Positions 8,557 to 19,911 of a DNA stretch of 64,000 nucleotides are shown here, one piece after another. Source of the stretch: an uncultured Gemmatimonadota bacterium (GTDB lineage Bacteria; Gemmatimonadota; Gemmatimonadetes; Gemmatimonadales; GWC2-71-9). Each line of letters begins with the position of its first letter. Positions within the stretch are counted from its first letter, which is position 1. The position numbers and the translations under genes were made by a program. Under the pieces are notes generated by a model. It saw only the letters and a list, made by a program, of their open reading frames with translations. It did no database searches and was not told where the DNA came from. The stretch lies in assembly GCA_937961295.1 (NCBI GenBank), contig CALGOK010000014.1, forward strand, positions 10 to 64,009. Reading direction: 5' to 3'.

Positions 8557-9336
8557 TCAGCTCCCCGCGCGGAAATCGCTCCACGTCATCCGGTACGACT
8601 CGCTCTCCGGCACCCATTCGGCGTTGAAGGTGCGCGGGTACGCCCACGTGGCGCCGGGGATCTCCGGCACCGGCAGCGTGAACGACTGCCGTTCCATCAG
8701 CTTGGCTCGGGTGACCATCGGCTCGATGAAGATCGGCCGGCCGCCGTAGTAGCCCACCACCATCGTCCCGCTGAACAGTTCGCTGGTGGCGTACTCGGAC
8801 TCGAGCAGCGAGTGCATTCCCATGTTGGGGACGCAGGTGCCGATCAGCGTGTCGGTGCCGAGCATCTCGGCCACTGGCGGCGGCAGCGGCTCGTCGCGCA
8901 GCGTGTAGCCGGCCGGCACCGCAGCGGGCTTGGTGCGGTCGCTGCAGTCGATCGCCTGGCGCTCGGCGGCGGAGATGAAGTTGAAGTGGAAGTCGAAGTG
9001 GGGTGCAAAGAACGTCGGCGGCGGGTGGCCCATCGGCTCCCACGCGAAGGTGTAGTTCACCAGCCCGCTGGCGGCCTCGCTGCCGGCCGGCATGGCGAGG
9101 TCGGCCTGGTAGGCGGGCGGCCACGACATCTCCATCGAGTCGGGGGCGCCGGCGATCGACGCGAGCGGCACGGTGGCCCCCACCGCGAGGAGCGAGTCGC
9201 CCTGGCTCCGCGACCAGGTGCAGGTCTGGCCGCCGAAGGCGTCGGCGCAGGGGCCCGCGGTCTCGACGATCTCGGGCGGGGCGGCGGTGCAGGCGGCGAG
9301 GGCAATGGGCACGGCGGCAAGGCGCAGACGTGGCAC
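8557..9336 (-). CDS. hypothetical lipoprotein (possibly DUF5602/TTHB210-like)
   Basis: 259-aa ORF. Lipobox MPRLRLAAVPIALAAC|T. Contains an HFDFHFNF motif. The family assignment is from memory only. Confidence 0.6.
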   Translation of the reverse strand: MPRLRLAAVPIALAACTAAPPEIVETAGPCADAFGGQTCTWSRSQGDSLLAVGATVPLASIAGAPDSMEMSWPPAYQADLAMPAGSEAASGLVNYTFAWEPMGHPPPTFFAPHFDFHFNFISAAERQAIDCSDRTKPAAVPAGYTLRDEPLPPPVAEMLGTDTLIGTCVPNMGMHSLLESEYATSELFSGTMVVGYYGGRPIFIEPMVTRAKLMERQSFTLPVPEIPGATWAYPRTFNAEWVPESESYRMTWSDFRAGS

Positions 9337-9381
9337 GGGCGGCTCCTGTGGGTGTGGGAGGAGCCGGGAATGTACTGCAGG

Positions 9382-9456
9382 GAGAAGTGAGGGGTGAGTC
9401 CTGAGACGTGGGGGGAGGGGACATTCTCACTCCTCGGGACTCGTTCCTCACTTCTC
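9382..9456. repeat. long imperfect hairpin (GAGAAGTGAGG..CCTCACTTCTC)
   Basis: 11-bp outer stem plus a GAGTCCTGAG/CTCGGGACTC inner stem. It is intergenic, between the 9610 stop and the 9336 start. Confidence 0.5.
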
Positions 9457-9609
9457 GCGCAAGCGGACCATCCGCGGCCCGCCCCGTGCGGGCGGCGGAC
9501 CGGGAGGTCGCAAGGGAGGAATATCTACTGCGGTGAAGCCGGAGGAGCAGCAACTTCTGCCGGCCTCACTGATATGGATGCTCCGGGGTCGGGAAGGGTT
9601 GCAGGGGGG

Positions 9610-10020
9610 TCAGGGGAGGTCGTCGGCCGGTCGCATCCGGGTGAACGGGAAGCCGTTGCAGCCGGTGCGCGGGGCGTCCCTGCGGGCGATGGTGACCCGG
9701 GCGGCGGAGTCGGCGGTGGGGGCGTTCCAGGTGGCGATGCAGAAGGCCCAGGTCCAGGGCGGCATCGCCTCGAGCGCCATCCAGTCGATCCGGGTCCAGG
9801 TGGAGTCGACGTTGCGGGCGATGAGGAACTGGCCGGCCGAGTCCCAGCGGGTGATCCGGTACCGGGTGCCGGGGTGATGGAGCCAGGCGGTATCGGTGAT
9901 GGTGTGCCGGGACCGGTAGTCGTCGATGAAGTCGCCGGTGACCGGCGACTGGGCGGCGAGTGGGGTTGTGGAGAGGGTGACTGCGAGGAGCAGGAGGGCG
10001 GGTCGGCGTGAAGCTGGCAC
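9610..10020 (-). CDS. hypothetical secreted protein
   Basis: GTG at 10020 (in frame with ORF 9610..10200) gives VPASRRPALLLLAVTLSTTPLAAQ, a signal peptide. The upstream part of the ORF is Arg/Pro-rich and looks non-coding. Confidence 0.5.
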   Translation of the reverse strand: MPASRRPALLLLAVTLSTTPLAAQSPVTGDFIDDYRSRHTITDTAWLHHPGTRYRITRWDSAGQFLIARNVDSTWTRIDWMALEAMPPWTWAFCIATWNAPTADSAARVTIARRDAPRTGCNGFPFTRMRPADDLP

Positions 10021-10117
10021 GAAGGGTTCTCTGGGCTGGCGGGTCGCGGATTTGAGGAGTATTTGAGGGTAGTGTAGCACCCTTCCGGGGACACCCTCTC
10101 CAGATGGAGGCCTCGAC

Positions 10118-13100
10118 GTGCTCCCCTTCCGCCTAGTCTGCCTGGGGCAACCGCAGTTGTTCGGTCCAGATGGCGAGCCGGTGCGCTTCCGGACTCGCAA
10201 GCACTTGGCATTGCTCGTCTACCTCGCCGTTGAGCCCCCAAGAGCGCACCGTAGAGATCAATTGGCCACACTACTTTGGCCGGATGCTGAGCTTGAGGAT
10301 GCACGACACTCCCTCGCAACAGCCCTGTCGGTCCTGCGGGGCCGGCTAGGTTCGGACGCCTTCGACTCAACCCGGGACACCGTTCGATTGAGGTCCGGCC
10401 GGGTGGCCACGGATACCGAAGGAATTAGGACAGAGGAATGGATGACATCCGCCGACGAAGCAATCGGCTTGTTCCTTCAAGACTTCGATATTCCCAATGC
10501 CCTAGCCTTCGGACACTGGGTAGACACCACGCGCGCCCGGTTGATCCCGCTTATTCATGATTCGCTGCTGCTCAGCATTGAGCGGTATCGTTGCAGTGGG
10601 AATCTACACCGCATGATGCTCGCTGCTGAACACTTAGCAGCGGTTGATGAGCTTTCCGAGCACGCCGTCCGCGCTCTCATCGAGGTGCGCACGCTCGCGG
10701 GAGATCGGATGGGGGCGCTTCGGCTGTTCGACCGCTGGCGACTTCGTGCCGCCGAGGAATTCGGCGCGGCACCAAGCCGCGCGCTGCTAGAACTCGCGTC
10801 GAGAATTCGCCGCGGTACAGTCGAGCGCCCCCAGTGCGCCGCCAAGACCCACACTCCGTTCATCGAGTACCGTCACAGCCCCATCGTCGGCCGAGAACTC
10901 GAGTATCGTGCTTGCTACCAGGCGTGGCAGCAGGCCAAAGCGGGGGCCTCACGGCTCATCTTAGTTCAAGGTGAGAATGGTGTCGGCAAGACCACGATTG
11001 TCGACCGCGTTGCAAGCGCGGTTGCACTCGAGGGGGCGAGCACCGTCAGTGTCCAGGGATTCTCACTCGAGCGCGACCTTCCCCTCGGCTTCATCAGCAC
11101 GCTAGTGAGTGAGCTGGTCGACCTCCCCGGTGCTGGTGGAGCCGATCCGAGACAGCTCGCAGTCTTATCCTCGCTTAGCCCGAAGGTCCATCAACGGTGG
11201 CCTGGCCTGCCACCCTCGGGGCCCGACACTCGGGAGGACGCTCGCCTACGCATCGCGCAGGCGATAGTCGCTCTCCTCCTCGCCCTCTCTGAAGAAGCAC
11301 CCCTAGTTATCGTGCTAGATGACTTCCATCAGGCTGACCCGATCTCGCTAGCAGTGGCACACCTCGTTCTTCGTCGTGCACAAGACTTGCCATTGCTCGT
11401 ACTGATGACGGCCTCTCCACAACCTAAAGGTGAGGAGGCCAGTAGGTATTGCCTGTCGCAACTGACTTCCTCTCTCGAGATCACGACGCTGGACGTTGAG
11501 CCGCTTCGCCCACTGGACGCACAAGAGCTACTCCAGAGCTTACTAGCAGACGACGATCCAGGGCCGTCCGTTCGGCGCGCGATACTGATCGCGGCGAATG
11601 GCAACCCACTACAGCTCGTGCAATTGGTGAGCGATTGGCGACAGAGAGGTGATCAGTCCTTCGCACTGACATTTGGTGCAATGACAACTGCGCCCACCAC
11701 CTCACCGGCACTGTTGACGGGACACCTGCTAAGCGGCGTGCTGTCGGCGCTGGATCCGGACACTCGCGCTGTTGCCGATCTTGCGGCCGTCCTTGGTCGT
11801 CGCCTCAACGACTTGACAATGTATACACTTGTCGAGTCGCCGCTCCCGCGTACCTTGCGCGCGATCACGACGCTCATGGCGCATAGGGTACTCCGCGATT
11901 CCGGAGGTCGCTTGGAGTTCGCCAGTGAGTCAGTACGCCATACTTGGTACATGGCGATAGCGGCGCCAATGAGACGAGCGCTTCACTCGTGTGTGGCAGA
12001 CCGCCTTCAGAGCGCCCCGCGAAACACCCTGAACGGAGCATCACAACTCGAAGTGGCATGGCACCTGGTCCGGGCCGGCCGCACTGAAGACGCAGCACCA
12101 TTCCTCCTGACTGGCGCACGTGAAGCGATCCGGCTGGGAGCACCGCATGAGGCTGAGATTGCACTTCGCACCGGGATATCCACACTTCAGGGACGAGAGC
12201 GTCGCATAGCACAATTACTCTGGGCCGAATCCCTGCAAGAGCTTGGTCAATGGTCTTCGTCTATTCGCGTACTCAACCACCCTGAGGACTCTATCACCGG
12301 ACCGGATGCGCATTGGCAACAGGTCCTGCGGGTAATCGGGGACCACTGGAGTCGTGGCGATGCGCGCAGTGAACACGAGCTGTGCGTGCAGGCTCTAGGC
12401 CGAATCGCGGCATCGCGCCAGCCCGCTGATGTTCGCGTTCGCGCTCTCAACGCCATTCCCTACCTCTTGTCGTACACGCACGACTCCTCGGGGATGGACC
12501 ATTTCCGTGGCGCCCTTGACTCATTCGATCGGAGCAGCCTTGAACCTTATGACCACCTACAATTCCTTTCAGCGGCAGCTTGGTACTACGCAAACGTAGG
12601 CGACGTGACCCACGCTGTTGCGTTACTCGAGACGGCTGTAGGGTTGATCGACGATCACGGATACCGTAGTTCGGTTGCGATCCGGACATTGATCGGTGCC
12701 GCTAGTACCAAGCTAATGAGTGGCGAGTATTCTTCGGCCCCTCCCTTACTAGATCGCGCCATGCGCCTTGCGACGGAACTTGACAATAGACTCCATCGGG
12801 CGGCCGCATCGGCCAGCATGGCAATCGCGACGGGGCGTCTTGGAAACGTTGACCAACAGATCGCGTACGCCACGTTGTCTCTCGACACCCTTCGCGGTAA
12901 GGAATGCAGTATCATCGCGATAGCCGCCTCATTTGAGCGTGCGCTCGGCCTTGCGCTGAGCAATCATGCGAACGATGCCCGCTTGACGATGGACAATCTC
13001 GTCAGTTGGTCAGGCCCACAAGCACCGGCATGGCAACGTCAAGGCATTGGGCTGCTAAAGGCGGATATTTTGAAACTGCTAGGTGAGGAACGTCGAGCAA

Positions 13101-13450
13101 CAAGCGTCGCACGGAGTGCGCTCTCGTTAGGCACTGACCGCCCACTGGCACTCGATTTCGCTGGCCCGTTTGCGAGGTGGCAAGCGCTCGCGTCAACAAC
13201 CCACGCTAGTCAAGTGCGGGCACTAGAGGGCATTCGGAAGTCAGTCTTGCCCCTACGGGGAATCCACGAGAAGGACCGAGCTGAGGCACTCGCCTCAGTC
13301 GTACTCCTTGAGGCGAGGCTCGGCAGAGAGACATCGGACGCGCCCAGGGAACTCCAGCGAGCATTGGCACGGCTGCCCCGACACCTGACGCAGGTCAATC
13401 AGCGACTGGGCCTAATGCAAACCGCCGGTACTGGCCGCGGAGAGGGTTGA
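10118..13450 (+). CDS. SARP/AfsR-type regulator: OmpR-like winged helix + BTAD + AAA/STAND P-loop NTPase + TPR-like C-terminus
   Basis: GTG at 10118 with GGAGG 7 nt upstream. N-terminal RFRTRKHLALLVYLA..LWPD..ARHSLATALSVLR (trans_reg_C). BTAD helices. Walker A GENGVGKTT and Walker B LVIVLDDFHQAD. A long helical-repeat tail. G+C is visibly lower than in the flanks. Confidence 0.85.
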   Translation: MLPFRLVCLGQPQLFGPDGEPVRFRTRKHLALLVYLAVEPPRAHRRDQLATLLWPDAELEDARHSLATALSVLRGRLGSDAFDSTRDTVRLRSGRVATDTEGIRTEEWMTSADEAIGLFLQDFDIPNALAFGHWVDTTRARLIPLIHDSLLLSIERYRCSGNLHRMMLAAEHLAAVDELSEHAVRALIEVRTLAGDRMGALRLFDRWRLRAAEEFGAAPSRALLELASRIRRGTVERPQCAAKTHTPFIEYRHSPIVGRELEYRACYQAWQQAKAGASRLILVQGENGVGKTTIVDRVASAVALEGASTVSVQGFSLERDLPLGFISTLVSELVDLPGAGGADPRQLAVLSSLSPKVHQRWPGLPPSGPDTREDARLRIAQAIVALLLALSEEAPLVIVLDDFHQADPISLAVAHLVLRRAQDLPLLVLMTASPQPKGEEASRYCLSQLTSSLEITTLDVEPLRPLDAQELLQSLLADDDPGPSVRRAILIAANGNPLQLVQLVSDWRQRGDQSFALTFGAMTTAPTTSPALLTGHLLSGVLSALDPDTRAVADLAAVLGRRLNDLTMYTLVESPLPRTLRAITTLMAHRVLRDSGGRLEFASESVRHTWYMAIAAPMRRALHSCVADRLQSAPRNTLNGASQLEVAWHLVRAGRTEDAAPFLLTGAREAIRLGAPHEAEIALRTGISTLQGRERRIAQLLWAESLQELGQWSSSIRVLNHPEDSITGPDAHWQQVLRVIGDHWSRGDARSEHELCVQALGRIAASRQPADVRVRALNAIPYLLSYTHDSSGMDHFRGALDSFDRSSLEPYDHLQFLSAAAWYYANVGDVTHAVALLETAVGLIDDHGYRSSVAIRTLIGAASTKLMSGEYSSAPPLLDRAMRLATELDNRLHRAAASASMAIATGRLGNVDQQIAYATLSLDTLRGKECSIIAIAASFERALGLALSNHANDARLTMDNLVSWSGPQAPAWQRQGIGLLKADILKLLGEERRATSVARSALSLGTDRPLALDFAGPFARWQALASTTHASQVRALEGIRKSVLPLRGIHEKDRAEALASVVLLEARLGRETSDAPRELQRALARLPRHLTQVNQRLGLMQTAGTGRGEG

Positions 13451-13466
13451 TCACGGGAATGACAGG

Positions 13467-14942
13467 TTACCTATCACCGGCAGCTCTTGTCGGAGCAGCG
13501 GACTTGCTCGAGGGTGATCGACCAGACCGGATCGCTTCATGTGCTCGCGCTCGAATCCGTGGCTGAGGCAAGTACTCGGGTATGCTGGATGGGTCCGAGA
13601 TCAGGCGACGAACAGTCACCGAATTTACGGTGAGATCGACAAGATCCGAGTCAAATTGGGTCGATCGTCCCTTGTTAAGTTCCGACAACACGACCTCGAG
13701 CGAGAGTGCCTTTCGGTACGGTCGATTGGTTGTCATCGCATCCACAGTGTCGGCAATTGCGATGATCCGCGCCCCAAGAGGGATCGCGTCTCCTGAGATC
13801 CCATCCGGATAGCCCCTACCATCCCAGCGTTCGTGATGGTGGCGAACACAACTCACGACATATCCCTGGAACCTAGAGAACAATGAGACCAGCTCTGCAC
13901 TTTTTGCCGAGTGGGTCTTCATGATCGCCCACTCATCCTCGTTAAGCTTACCCTCCTTCTGAAGGAGCGGCGCAAACTCTTCGTGGATCTTTCCGACGTC
14001 GTGAAGTAGTGCCGCGTTCTCGATGTCTTCGATCTCTTCAGGCGACAAGCCCAAATCCACAGCGATCGCTCGGGAAAGTCCGCAGACCCGGCGCGAGTGG
14101 CCCGATGTGTATGGATCACGGGCTTCGATGGCCTTCACCATCATCGCGAGTTGTTCCCGAACATTCAGTTCGAGCTCCTCATAGGCAAGATCGAGCTCTT
14201 TGTGGACCTCCTCGAGCCGATTCAGCTTGCCATAGATATGTCGCGCGCCGATCAACGGTAGCACGATCACGAGGAAGAGGAAACGTCCGACACCTTGTGA
14301 TTCATTTGACACCAGGAACAACCAAGCGACGACGATAGCCAGCGAACTAGCGGCAAGATCGTAGCCCAACACCCATACGGTGTTCGCGCGCCAAGTAGAA
14401 ACTATCGGGCGATTGCTTGCCAACGCGACAACGGTGTTGACAAGGATGGAATTGGTGATGAAGTAGACCAGCGCCGCCAACAAGAACACGCCGACTTCGC
14501 CGAGTGCAACGTCGAAAGTGACTAGCCCTGCGGTCGCGGGGTCCAGAAACGCGGGGGGATGAACCCCTCCAAAGAAGCTGTAACAGATGAACGTCAACCC
14601 GACCGAGACGATTCGCTCCGAAATATTGAATGCCGCCTTGATCAGCGGCGTTCGCTCATAGAGCTGTGAGATCGCCTTCACGACGCCAGCGGTCAGCGCA
14701 CCCCAGAAGCCACCAAGGATCAAGCCGACTGCGAGGTGGAACACGAAGACCAGGGAGCCTGTGAGACCCCCGGACTTGTTCTGGGTCCGTGATACCTCCA
14801 GCAGGCACCCGACAAAGAGGAGGCTGAAGAGCGCCCACGCGCCGGGAGCCTCGTCGCCAATGAGAGAGGTTCCCCACAGCACGACCGCTGCAGCGAGGAC
14901 GACTCCGATCACGTACCGACGAACCGCGGCGTTGAAGGGCAT
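13467..14942 (-). CDS. HD-GYP domain c-di-GMP phosphodiesterase with N-terminal polytopic membrane domain
   Basis: 491-aa ORF with about 7 hydrophobic helices, then HSRRV..LLHDVGK..HHERWDGRGYP, an intact HD and GYP signature. Confidence 0.9.
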   Translation of the reverse strand: MPFNAAVRRYVIGVVLAAAVVLWGTSLIGDEAPGAWALFSLLFVGCLLEVSRTQNKSGGLTGSLVFVFHLAVGLILGGFWGALTAGVVKAISQLYERTPLIKAAFNISERIVSVGLTFICYSFFGGVHPPAFLDPATAGLVTFDVALGEVGVFLLAALVYFITNSILVNTVVALASNRPIVSTWRANTVWVLGYDLAASSLAIVVAWLFLVSNESQGVGRFLFLVIVLPLIGARHIYGKLNRLEEVHKELDLAYEELELNVREQLAMMVKAIEARDPYTSGHSRRVCGLSRAIAVDLGLSPEEIEDIENAALLHDVGKIHEEFAPLLQKEGKLNEDEWAIMKTHSAKSAELVSLFSRFQGYVVSCVRHHHERWDGRGYPDGISGDAIPLGARIIAIADTVDAMTTNRPYRKALSLEVVLSELNKGRSTQFDSDLVDLTVNSVTVRRLISDPSSIPEYLPQPRIRARAHEAIRSGRSPSSKSAAPTRAAGDR

Positions 14943-15234
14943 ATGATTGGGAGGAAACCCCAGCTAGTTCGGCTTAACCCCAGCTTACAGTCTCAGCGCG
15001 GAAAAGACCCGCGATGAAATCCACCGCAGCGGCCAGCCATTCCAGCATGTGCGTCACCTCCTCTCCAAAGCCAAATACCCACTGAGAGGGGCAGATCCCG
15101 CTTGACCTGCCTGACGCTTCGCTTGTTTGGACCGCTCGGCTCCGCTCACTGCCGGACCCTGGTGTTTCCCCCCGTACTCCTTTCGGTCAATGCTCCGTTA
15201 CGCGGGCTCGCACCCGCAGGTTGACCTCAATTCC

Positions 15235-16068
15235 TCAGCCGGCGATCTGCCGCCGCGCCGACACCCAGCGATTGGTCGCATCCAGCACCGCGAACACCGC
15301 CGCATGCTCGGCACTCTCGCGCACCTCCGCCGACCCCACCAGCAGCGTCGAGTGCCGGCCACCCACCGCCTGCACCCCCGCCATGACCCACGTCCGGTCG
15401 AACGCGTCGACCACCTGCGTTCCCTCGAGCGCCAGCGAGTGCCGCTCGAGCAGCCGCTCGATCACCCGCACCGCCGCCCGCGCCGCACTCTCCACCCGGT
15501 TGCGCGGCGTGTCGGGACCCTCCTCGGTGGCCGTCTCGACGTTCCCCTCGCAGGTGAGCGTCACCGTGGCCGTGACCCAGCGCGGCCGGCCCGCCGGCGC
15601 GATGAGCAGCTCCTCGAACAGCACCGCGCGCTGGTTGGCCTGCTGCCGCACCGCCACCTGCTCCAGCGTCCGCAACGGCTCCACCTCCGCCGTGTGCGCC
15701 ACGCTGATCTTGCGATGGTCGACCCGCAGCCCCAGGTGCGCCAGCAGCGCACTCTCCACGTTGCGCACCACCTGCTTGGGCGTCTGCGCATTGGTGGCCA
15801 GGATGTGGATCTCGCTCACCTCGCCCAGCGGCGTGGTCACCACCCGCGCCGAGAGCACCCCCTCGAGCGACGTCAGCAGATTCTCGGCCCGACGCACCCC
15901 CCAGGGGTCGTTGGCCGGATCGATCGGAGACCCTCCCGCACGGGCCCCGGCAGGATCGCGAAACTGCTGCGGTGAAGCGGTCACGGCATTTCCTGTCGTG
16001 ATGGTCGTGCATGGTGGATGACCGATCGCCACCCGCGAGTGGCCGCCATCCGTGATTGTCACTCGCAT
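15235..16068 (-). CDS. hypothetical protein; C-terminal half resembles a LeuA-dimer/ACT-like regulatory fold
   Basis: In frame inside composite ORF 15235..17415. ATG at 16068 (MRVTITDGG), or GTG at 15984 preceded by AGGAA. It lies 30 nt downstream of the GGDEF gene. The fold suggestion is by eye only. Confidence 0.55.
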   Translation of the reverse strand: MRVTITDGGHSRVAIGHPPCTTITTGNAVTASPQQFRDPAGARAGGSPIDPANDPWGVRRAENLLTSLEGVLSARVVTTPLGEVSEIHILATNAQTPKQVVRNVESALLAHLGLRVDHRKISVAHTAEVEPLRTLEQVAVRQQANQRAVLFEELLIAPAGRPRWVTATVTLTCEGNVETATEEGPDTPRNRVESAARAAVRVIERLLERHSLALEGTQVVDAFDRTWVMAGVQAVGGRHSTLLVGSAEVRESAEHAAVFAVLDATNRWVSARRQIAG

Positions 16069-16097
16069 CGCGCGCCGCAAGCGGCGCGCCTGCGTGC

Positions 16098-17807
16098 TCA
16101 CGCGATCGTGTTCCTGCCCGCCGCCTTTGCCAGATACAGCGCCCGGTCGGCCTGCTCCAGCAGCGGCCCCTCGCCCGGCGCCGCGGGATCGTACTCGGCC
16201 ACCCCGATGCTCACGGTGATCTGGCCGAGGTTGAACCCCATCCGGTCGCCCGCCTGCTCCACCCGCTCCCGCACCGCGTCGGCCACCCGCAGGGCGCCGG
16301 CCCGGTCGGTCCGGGTGAGCAGCACCACGAACTCGTCGCCGCCGTACCGCGCCGCAAGGTCGGTGGCGCGGATCGTCTTGCGGAGCTCGTCGCTCACCGC
16401 CCTGAGCACCATGTTGCCGCGCTCGTGGCCGAAGCGATCGTTGAGCTCCTTGAGCCGGTCGAGGTCGATGAACAGCACCGCGAACGACTCGCCACTGCGC
16501 TTGCTCCGTTCCACCTCGTGCCCCAGCCGCTGCTGCAGCGAGCGGTAGCTCGCCAACCCGGTGAGCGCGTCGGTGCTCGCGTCGCGCGAGGCGTCGTCGG
16601 CCCGCCGCGCCAGCCACGGCACGCACTGCCGGAGCGAGGCCCTGCCCAACGCCGCCGCCTGCGCAAACCGGTGGCAGGTCTGGTAGCCGCACGCCCGGCA
16701 ATCCCACGCCTTGCCGTCGGGACTCGTCCCGATCGCGTCGAGGATCGCCCGCACCGCCTGCGGCTCCGCCTGCTCGCGCCGGCTGCCGAACGGGAACGTC
16801 GCCCCCACCTCCACCGGCGCCGGGTCGGGCACCACGGGCACCCGGCTCCGCGTCGGCTCGTACGACGCCAGCAACCGGCGCCGACGATAGAGCTCCTCCT
16901 TGGGCCCCGCGGTGGGATGACCCAGCGCGCCGTGGTGCGTCTGCACGTCCACGAAGCCGAGGTCGATCCGGTCGTGCCCCACCGCGCGCGCCAGCGCGCC
17001 GAGCCCCTCCAGTCCCCGCACCGCCAGGATGCGGCGGCCCAGCGACGACCCGCTCACCACCATCTCCAGCGGCAGCCCGCCCGCCACACTCATGTGGCGC
17101 CGGGTCTCCGACGGCAGCCGGGAGAACGTCTCCGGCATCTGCGCCGGCCGCACCTCGCGCAGTGCGAACAGCTGCTCCAGGTCGGCGAAGGTCATCACCG
17201 CGTCGAGCTCGTCGACGGCCCCCGGCGCCCCGGTCCCGACGTACACCACCGGGAGCCCTGACCCCAGCGAATGACGCAGGAACCGGGCCTCTGCCACGCA
17301 CGGATAGGTCACCGGGGCCAGGTAGGGAACCAGCTCGGGATGGTGGGCCGTCACGGCCGCCACCACCACCGGATCGGTGCTCCGGATCAGCGTCCCCCAG
17401 TCGGGGTCCTCCCACAGCCGCAGGTACTCCTGGGCCACCAGCTCGTCACCCACCACCCCCCGGGAGACATGCCGGAACCCCGCCTCGTAACAGGCGTTGA
17501 CCAGCTGCTCTGGCGTTGCAGGATGGAACCATGCCGCTGCCTCGGGTGCCAGGATCAGCGCCCCGGTCCCCGCCTCGGCGATCGCCAGGGCGCGGTCGAG
17601 GGCGCCGCTGGCGGCGATGGCGGTGTGGGGACAGGCGGGAATGCATTCGCCGCAGCGAATGCAGTCCTCCGCGACCAGCCCCACCACGCGCGCCTCCGGC
17701 GGCAACGCGATGGCGTCCGTTGGGCACACCCGGACGCACGCGAGGCACGCGACGCAACGCGAAGGATCGACCGTCAGTTGCAATTGGGGGCCCCGAGAGG
17801 CGGGCAC
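16098..17807 (-). CDS. 2x[4Fe-4S] ferredoxin + [FeFe]-hydrogenase-large-subunit-like domain + CxxCGxxxC Fe-S motif + GGDEF diguanylate cyclase
   Basis: CVACLACVRVCP and CIRCGECIPACP. A Fe_hyd_lg_C-like core with RSTDP in place of TSCCP. CRACGYQTCHRF...C. RATD-x5-GGDEF (I-site plus active site). Confidence 0.85.
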   Translation of the reverse strand: MPASRGPQLQLTVDPSRCVACLACVRVCPTDAIALPPEARVVGLVAEDCIRCGECIPACPHTAIAASGALDRALAIAEAGTGALILAPEAAAWFHPATPEQLVNACYEAGFRHVSRGVVGDELVAQEYLRLWEDPDWGTLIRSTDPVVVAAVTAHHPELVPYLAPVTYPCVAEARFLRHSLGSGLPVVYVGTGAPGAVDELDAVMTFADLEQLFALREVRPAQMPETFSRLPSETRRHMSVAGGLPLEMVVSGSSLGRRILAVRGLEGLGALARAVGHDRIDLGFVDVQTHHGALGHPTAGPKEELYRRRRLLASYEPTRSRVPVVPDPAPVEVGATFPFGSRREQAEPQAVRAILDAIGTSPDGKAWDCRACGYQTCHRFAQAAALGRASLRQCVPWLARRADDASRDASTDALTGLASYRSLQQRLGHEVERSKRSGESFAVLFIDLDRLKELNDRFGHERGNMVLRAVSDELRKTIRATDLAARYGGDEFVVLLTRTDRAGALRVADAVRERVEQAGDRMGFNLGQITVSIGVAEYDPAAPGEGPLLEQADRALYLAKAAGRNTIA

Positions 17808-17892
17808 GCACCAGTGCGCGCCCGTCCAAGTTGGGGAATCACTTGAGAAGAGTCAAGAGGTGAGCCGTCCCAAGATCAATACAGATGGTCAC

Positions 17893-19425
<1,533 letters not shown>

Positions 19426-19426
19426 C

Positions 19427-19903
19427 TCAGTGCTCCGTCTCTCCGGCCAGCAGCCGGACGGCATGGTCCACCAGCGGGGCGAGCACCGCCAGCCCGTCGC
19501 GCACCCCGCCGGGCGAGCCGGGGAGGTTGACGATCAGGGTCCGCCCCCGCGCCCCGGCCACCCCACGACCGAGCGCCGCGGTGGGGACAGTCGGCAGGGC
19601 AGCAGCCCGGATCGCCTCGGCGATCCCGGGGGCCTCGCGCTCCAGCACTGCCCGGGTCGCCTCGGGGGTCACGTCCCGGGGTCCCAACCCGGTCCCGCCG
19701 GTCGTGATGACCAATTCCGCGACACCGTCGTCGCACCATCGGGCGAGGGTCGCCGCGATCTGCACCGTCTCGTCGGGGATGGTGGCCCGCTGGGCGAGGG
19801 TGTACCCCCGCTCCGATGCCCACGCCGCCACGGCGTCACCCGAGGCGTCCTGGCGCTCGCCGCGGGCGCAGGCGTCGGAGATGGTGAGGAGGGCGAGGTT
19901 CAT
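19427..19903 (-). CDS. mog: molybdenum cofactor biosynthesis protein MogA/MoaB family (molybdopterin adenylyltransferase)
   Basis: 158 aa. Motifs TISD..G.R.D.SG, ITTGGTGLGPRD and NLPGSP. Its stop is 1 nt from the next start. Confidence 0.85.
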   Translation of the reverse strand: MNLALLTISDACARGERQDASGDAVAAWASERGYTLAQRATIPDETVQIAATLARWCDDGVAELVITTGGTGLGPRDVTPEATRAVLEREAPGIAEAIRAAALPTVPTAALGRGVAGARGRTLIVNLPGSPGGVRDGLAVLAPLVDHAVRLLAGETEH

Positions 19904-19911
19904 GGGAATCG

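Noticed and set aside
14956-14985. Direct repeat AACCCCAGCT x2 spaced 20 nt apart, just upstream of the HD-GYP start, considered as a possible operator.
   Set aside because: There are only two short copies, with no palindromic or known binding-site pattern. The evidence is insufficient.
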